Positions 57,401 to 64,000 of a DNA stretch of 64,000 nt are shown in pieces (within the stretch, counting starts at the first letter, position 1; each line of letters begins with the position of its first letter). The position numbers and the translations under genes are program-made. The stretch comes from Ylistrum balloti (taxonomy: Eukaryota). The notes under the pieces are model-generated. The model did not search any database. It was not told where the DNA came from and saw only the letters and a program-made list of their open reading frames with translations. The stretch spans positions 248,001 through 312,000 of the forward strand of contig NW_026782226.1 of the NCBI RefSeq assembly GCF_031769215.1, in the 5' to 3' direction.

Positions 57401-60400
57401 TGACTTGAGTAATTGAGCAAAACAAATATAGATATACATATTAATTTTAATCCAAAAAACACCGAAACTGTTTTCTTAATGGGAAGATAAACTAACATGA
57501 TCGTTCACGTATGTAAAAATAATGAAACTCCAAACTAAATTATTGAAAGGGTAGAACCCTTTATTAACAATAACGAGTATGTAAGATATTCTCTTAGGAA
57601 TAACCGTTTATTTAGTACTTCCCTTTGTAGAACTGAGAGCTACTCGAATTGTTTTTACCATCAACACTAAGGGAATTCAAGTTACTCCCTGTTAACATAT
57701 TAAGCATAAGTTGCCTACAAGAATAAAACAAAAAGATGATAAACAACCTGTTAGAGATATGTGTAATAAATTATCACTAAATTTGCATTGACTGCACAGT
57801 TATAATAAAATGCTCAAAGCATACTTCAGCTTTGTTAATTTAATAAGTTACATATGCCAAAAACTGGAGTTACCTCCCTTGACAGTTTTAACCCATTGGA
57901 TTGATACAATGTAATGCAGAATATGTATTGGACTAATGCATTGGATTTGGAAAGGACTTACATTGGCATTTACAAATCAAGGGGGTTGCTGAGTAAGCAA
58001 ATTGGCTGGTGACCTTTTAATTTGATTAAGTACTGAATAGTTTTGTTATGGCATTCATAATCGTTATATACTTCAAATCTTTGCATTATCTACATGTTGT
58101 TCTTCCTGAATTTAATTAAAATTCATATGATGTAGTTTTATCGAATATTTAAGATTTAACAGTTCTGTAACTTTTGATTTACTGAAAAGTTTTGTTCTTT
58201 TATGTCCTTTTTGGACAATCCTTTGATATTGCTTGAAGCTCTACTGATTGTTTTTTAATTTCATGGTTAACCTTTATTATATATGTCACGTCCAAATTAT
58301 ACTTAATAGTGACATTTATGTGAGGAATTTACACATTACAAATAAACGAGGAATTAAATGCTTTCTAAACATGATTATTAAGGTCTATCAAAGTATGTGA
58401 TATCAGGGAGTTTTCAATATTATTGATATGCGTAAGAACGATATAAGTTCGAAATATCACATTACTCGAAAATAGTTTTTTAAAAAATCAAACTTACGTC
58501 GAAGTAAAAACATGGACAGGGTCTGTCGTTATGCATTCCAAAAAAATCGTAAATAATCTTGAGAAAGAGCATATAGAACAGAGAGTCGTTACACAATTAA
58601 CTGGAAGTTGAGCATCGAATATTGCAATTTCTTATAGCAAATCAACTCAACTCATCATAGGTTTATAGTGCGATAATCTACTAAGAATTGGCACATGTTT
58701 TCTAGGTGTAAATGTTGGTACATAGAACACATCCTGTCATTGCTTGTTGCACCAGATTTGTAGTATTTCATTTTTTATTATGACACTTTCGAAACATCTT
58801 TGTTGGCCTGACTTTGTAGTATCATAGTACATTCTGTATGTTATATTACTCTATAGAAAGTGCTGGCTGGTCTGACATTGTAGTGTCATTTTATATCATA
58901 TTACTCTACAGGCAATGCTGTCTGGCCTGACTCTTTAATCGTATTCCATATCATGCATCATTGTATCTTAAATTACTCTACAAACAATATTTCTGGCCTG
59001 ACTTTCCAGATAATGTGGGCTTGCCTGACTTTGTGTATGGTGCCATGGAGAATTGGGGGCTGATGACATACAGAGAAGTTTTCCTATTGAACGTGGAAGG
59101 TGTAACGACCACATATGACATGGAATTTTCTGCCGAGGTTTTGTCACACGAGATCGTCCATTCAGTAGGTGGTCAAAATAATATTGTTTACGGTGATACA
59201 ATAGTGTCATTGGTTTTAATGTACCACTGCATCCATACCAAATTTTAGTTAAAAAACGACGCATATTAAAATGATAGGCAGATGAACGAAATCATAAAAG
59301 TAATTGTGACGACAGACATTATTACAAAATACAATGCATATAAACCTTATCAAGAACCTATTAATTAAGCTAAAGTCTACCTAACTAATTTGATATATAA
59401 CCCTTCCTGGTATAGGTGCTCGTCTGTTATCAATATTGTTTTATATATTCGTAAACCAAAATTATTATTATTATTTTACGTAAACAACGCAGTTCTGTTA
59501 TTAGTGTTCTAAAGAAAACGTTGTATTATCTTATAATTGTAAAAGAAAATACTTTTAAATATCAATTTTAGCAATTTTCATGAAGTATTCCGTTTTGTTT
59601 TTAACCTTGGCTATGCCTCTGAATCCAATTTGTTTCCATGTCTCAAGAAACATATTCATTCCTTTTGTAATCGCAACATTGAATGTATTTTCATTTCCCG
59701 CGACAAGAGGCGGTAAAAGATCGGAATTAATAGCCTTAGGTAAACAACTGAGATTTGTTATTCGAGGACGGTTCTTGTTTCTCAGGACCGAGGGCACGAA
59801 TCGTCCTGTAATGCCATTCTTGTGTCCCTAGTTAACACAATTTACCACAATTGTTCTGAATAGTAAGAGGGGATTCTCTTGCACGTTATTCGGTTGAGAA
59901 TAGACTATTAACTACAAAGAGACCCCACTGTCTGGATAAAACCTAGAGAAAATAGGTTATAAAAACACTTGTTACAATCGACTCAGATTATTTATATAAT
60001 TTATAACTTATCTTTATGTAATCATACCACATATTCTTGTAAACAATACTCTTATTTGATCAAATTCGTAGTGGTTCGGTAACCTAGTATCTCCGGCCTG
60101 GTGGGATGATATTTGGCTAAATGAAGGGTTTGCTACTTTCCTTTCCTTCCTCGGAGTAGATCGTGTGGTTCCTGAATGGGGAATGGTGAGTATAAAACCT
60201 TATAGACGATGTCAAATTCTCGAAACCAAATTAGCAGGTATGTCTTACAATGATTATAAGCGGGCCTGATGAACGATATTCATGAGTTGTAGATGGACCT
60301 AGTAAACTTGTATATCATACAACCGGTCATGGACGTGGACAGCGTTGAAAGCATTGTTCCTATCTTCAGAGAAGCGTACACGCCGGACCAGATACTGGCT

Positions 60401-62962
60401 CTGTTTGACATCATTACTTACTACAAGGTGAGTTAATCGTCCACTTTGTCTGGACGGATGTCGAATGTTTTTTTTGCTATTTTTCATGATGAGTCTGTAA
60501 ATTCATATACTATCTTCATTCCCTGTGTTCAGCCTTTAGAAATGCATACTATTAGAAATGTTATTTAAATAACAAAGACCTTTTGCCGAAAATACAATGA
60601 ATCAGAGAATGAAGAACCATTTATCTTTAAAAAGAAAAGACAGCAAAAACAATAAAACAGAAAGACCAACATCATTTAAATTCAAACTCAAATCCTATGA
60701 AATAAGGCCAATATACCTTATTGCGCAAGGGTACTCCACAAATATATGACATATTTCTATGGTTTATTGGCAGTGACATTTATTTTGTATATTTGATATA
60801 TTTATAATTCGAACAGAAGATGTAAGATGGTTTAATTCTTTGAAGGGATGCGGCGTCATCAGAATGATGTGGTTCTTCCTTGGTCCAGAAACGTTCAGGA
60901 AAGGATTAGAGGTATGTTGTATTGGTTAACAAATCTGCTATATTTCCTTACCAATCATTTTATTGGCGATTGCTGATTTTGCATTTATATTGTCAAAGAA
61001 TGTGACGTGATCACAATTTTATACGATTTATATTTTGATTTGTGATGCAATCGACTATATGAAATAACACGGCATACACTTTCACTTTACTATGAAAATA
61101 AAACCTCGCATACCATTCGGTAAAATATCTATCAATGATCATGTTGATTTGAATGTTACCATTATGCTTGATAGGCTGAAAGAGCTGCATCACAATTTCC
61201 GAAAGAATTTTAATTAAAATATAAAATCTTTAAAGATTGTTTATATAATGAGAAGAAATTATTGAAGAATGACGCGCTCTGTATCATATCAGGATAATTT
61301 CCGTCAATAACACATGTTAATCATTATCATACAATGATCAGCGTGCGCAAACTAAATAGATTCAACAAAACATAATTCTAGAGTTTTCACCCCTTCTACG
61401 TGGTTTGATAGAGACAAATCCATCTTGCATTTCAAAATTACTTTTAACCTGTACAAATATTGGAATATATTTTCATTTCATTTTTGTACTTTGTGAAATT
61501 CAACTGTAAAAGTCAGTATCCTAATATTATGTGTAGAATATCATTAACATTTAAACACATCACATGTTTTGTTCGATAGCGTTTGCTTTCGGAATTGCTA
61601 ATAGACATAAGAAAACATGTTTTACCATATGCTTTTCAGCGTTTCAATTAAGTGAAGATTTAATAAATCATGTGCGATTATGACCTTTTAATTATTAAGT
61701 ATTTTGTGTTGTGAAAAGACCCTTCGTTTCTCTAGGTGACAGTTTTTATTGCTATTTTCCGTTAATTTTGAACGTTGTTGTGTATTACGAAAACTTTGAT
61801 TATTGTATCAATGTTACAGCGATATCTGAACGAGAAGGCTTATGGAAACGGCGCTCACGATGACCTCTGGGCTTCCTTGCAAACGGTATATGAAATTGTG
61901 TTGTGTCCTGAGCTGCCATAGTTGAGTTCCAGTGAACGATTCTTCAACCTAATAGTTCTTGATAACATATTTACGGGGCAATAGACACAGTAAACTAAAT
62001 CACAAATTCTTTTAGACTAAATTCATATCGAAGTATCTTTTATTGGAGGTTCCCATGTCAGTAGTGTAACAGGTAATAAAATATTTTTGATATCAATATA
62101 CCGTTAGCATTGCCTGTTTGATCTGTGATTGACTGTACATTTCCATTGTTTGCTTTGTGTCCTAAGCTATGTACAGTGTTAGATTGAATGTTACATCAGA
62201 GAAGAACTAAACATGAAAAGAAACCATCCTCATAATGTAGTTTCCTTGCAAATTTGTAAGAAATTATTGATTTTATTGTCATGGTGAAGAGAATGTTTTA
62301 GTTTCATATTCATATTTGATTGAAAGAACTAGTTCATACTCGTTTTTCCTATGTTTGATTATACAATTATATTTTAGCAACTAGTACCTTCTATTTCAAT
62401 AGGACCTGCCATGCCACAAAATAAAGATAAGATAATACAAATATCCAACAATATCCTTTAGTCATTTTCAAGACCAACATTTATAATGATATATTCTGGG
62501 ATTATCTATTTGATCAATTACCGTATAGCAGGTATTTTTACGGGTTAAAATTGACTCGATTTCCTTTTAAAGCGATTGAATAAGATTTTAACAAATTAAA
62601 ATTTCGCAATCTAGACTTAAACAGGACATCTTATACATACGTGTCTAATTAATTTTACGAATTAAACTTTCTCGATCGCGTTAATGTAACGAAATAGCAA
62701 AAATGCCATCCCCGCATAAACAACCGGCTTTATGGTAAAGTTTTGTTAAATATGAACATCTGTTTTTGACATGTCATCGATACATGTATTTCTAGCAAGC
62801 GGTCAATGACGGAAAGACTGATTTCGACATAAAGTCTGTTATGGACTCATGGATACTACAGACAAACTATCCAGTGGTAACCGTCAGGAAAGTGAATGGA
62901 GGCCTGTACCTGAATCAGAGTCGATTCCTTCTACAGTCCAACAATAACACAGATTTTGCAGG
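48447..62962 (+). CDS. Aminopeptidase N-like M1 zinc metallopeptidase, type II membrane-anchored; 3' exons lie beyond those identified or beyond the window
   Basis: Exons 48447(or 48507)-48741, 53314-53830, 54067-54222, 55197-55314, 55844-55964, 59010-59164, 60072-60185, 60293-60427, 60846-60911, 61820-61885, 62796-62962. Contains a TM segment ([20 protein letters not shown]), [44 protein letters not shown] + WFGNLV..WLNEGFA (HEXXH-18-E) and ITYYKG. Confidence 0.95.
56590..57860 (+). mobile_element. Highly decayed LINE (CR1/L2-like) reverse-transcriptase remnant in an aminopeptidase intron
   Basis: Broken frames give [29 protein letters not shown] and ..DSSVNQL, typical of the region leading into the RT domain of APE-type LINEs. 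Boundaries are approximate. Confidence 0.6.
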
Positions 62963-64000
62963 GTGAATAGTTTTAAACGTGTTTACGATTATTTAACAAT
63001 ACATATTATCAGTGGTAGTTGTGTATTTAATTTATCTTATAATTTAATTCATCTTTCGTTTTTTTTAATGAATGTGTCTCGAGTTATTTATCCATCTTTC
63101 TATTTTGTTAGCACCTGACCCTAGCTTTTATATTCAATTGAAAGCTTAAACATACAGTCGAACTTCACTAATTCGAACTCAGAAACCTTAAATACCCCTT
63201 AACTCGAAATAATGTCGGTCCCGGCAAAATATTCTCTTTTTCTTATTACTTATGATTGGGAAATCTTGTAATTGGAAAATTCGAAAATCTCGAAGTAATA
63301 TTTGTTTCGGAAATAAAATTCCTACTTAAACGTTTCTGTTTATTCGAAGTTCTAAATTTGTAGCCATAAATTGGACATTGAACGTCTGACGAAGCGTTAC
63401 GACAAGTCATGTCTCGGTGCATTGTTATCTTATGTCACTCATTGTAACAGTTCCTCTTTAATTTGTGAAGAGAACATGTGACTGGCTATTGATACAAAAT
63501 AAAGCAAACATGTTGATTAACATGTTGATTAATAGTAAACGATAATTACCGCAAGCCAGTCATTAACACTCGAAACTCACTACAAAGTGACACGTAAGTA
63601 CGGGTCACAATGTGCTGTCACGCGGCATTTACTTGCACAACTGAAATCATAACCTTGATCAGGTACTCTGGCTAAAGTTTTCACACGAGCGAATATGGCT
63701 TTGATCATCAGAGAAAGTTGAAAAACAGTACATAAGTTACAACGTATTACCGTTTATTGCTTTTGTATGATTTGTAGTTCTTAGTAAATGTCTTTATCGA
63801 CATGGACGCTCCAACGTAGTGATTTTTGTGCCGGGTATATATTTGCGCACATTTATTTCCGTTTTGAAACTTCCATCTGTTTATCGCGAAGCTAACACTT
63901 GAGTGTAAGTGTTGTGATATCATCTCTTTATTCTATATAACATTACAAAATATACTACTATCATAAAGTTCCAAATAACTTTTGAATAAATTGCTGAAAC

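Noticed and set aside
63153-63360. TA-CAGTCGAAC start suggesting a Tc1/mariner MITE
   Set aside because: No matching right-hand GTTCGACTG-TA found, so boundaries cannot be supported.

Overview
This is AT-rich eukaryotic genomic DNA with spliceosomal introns. The Helentron-type (HINE) repeats and SINE remnants suggest a mollusc, probably a bivalve (inference). Left to right: (1) two tandem paralogues of an unrecognised minus-strand gene with very short exons. Copy A spans 196-3698 and runs off the window. Copy B spans 10939-17540, 15 exons, about 642 aa. Each lies behind a conserved triple CACGTG promoter, and a decayed DIRS retrotransposon plus HINE repeats lie between them. (2) A compact two-gene minus-strand unit at about 21.1-25.6 kb. 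A spliced gene of about 240 aa with a Tudor-knot/chromo-barrel-like domain ends 22 bp before an intact, intronless 713-aa RAG1/Transib-superfamily DDE transposase. The transposase has NBD-like, Zn C2H2 and C-terminal CCHC motifs, and no RAG2-like gene is present. This pairing is the most interesting object in the window. (3) YRDC (minus) and CDK5RAP1 (plus), two tRNA-A37 modification enzymes, head-to-head with 266 bp between the first in-frame ATGs. (4) The 5' part of a membrane-anchored M1 aminopeptidase N-like gene (48447 to beyond the window end). MITEs, a minisatellite and a LINE remnant are also present. All exon structures were assembled by eye from splice signals and reading-frame continuity; no database search was run.
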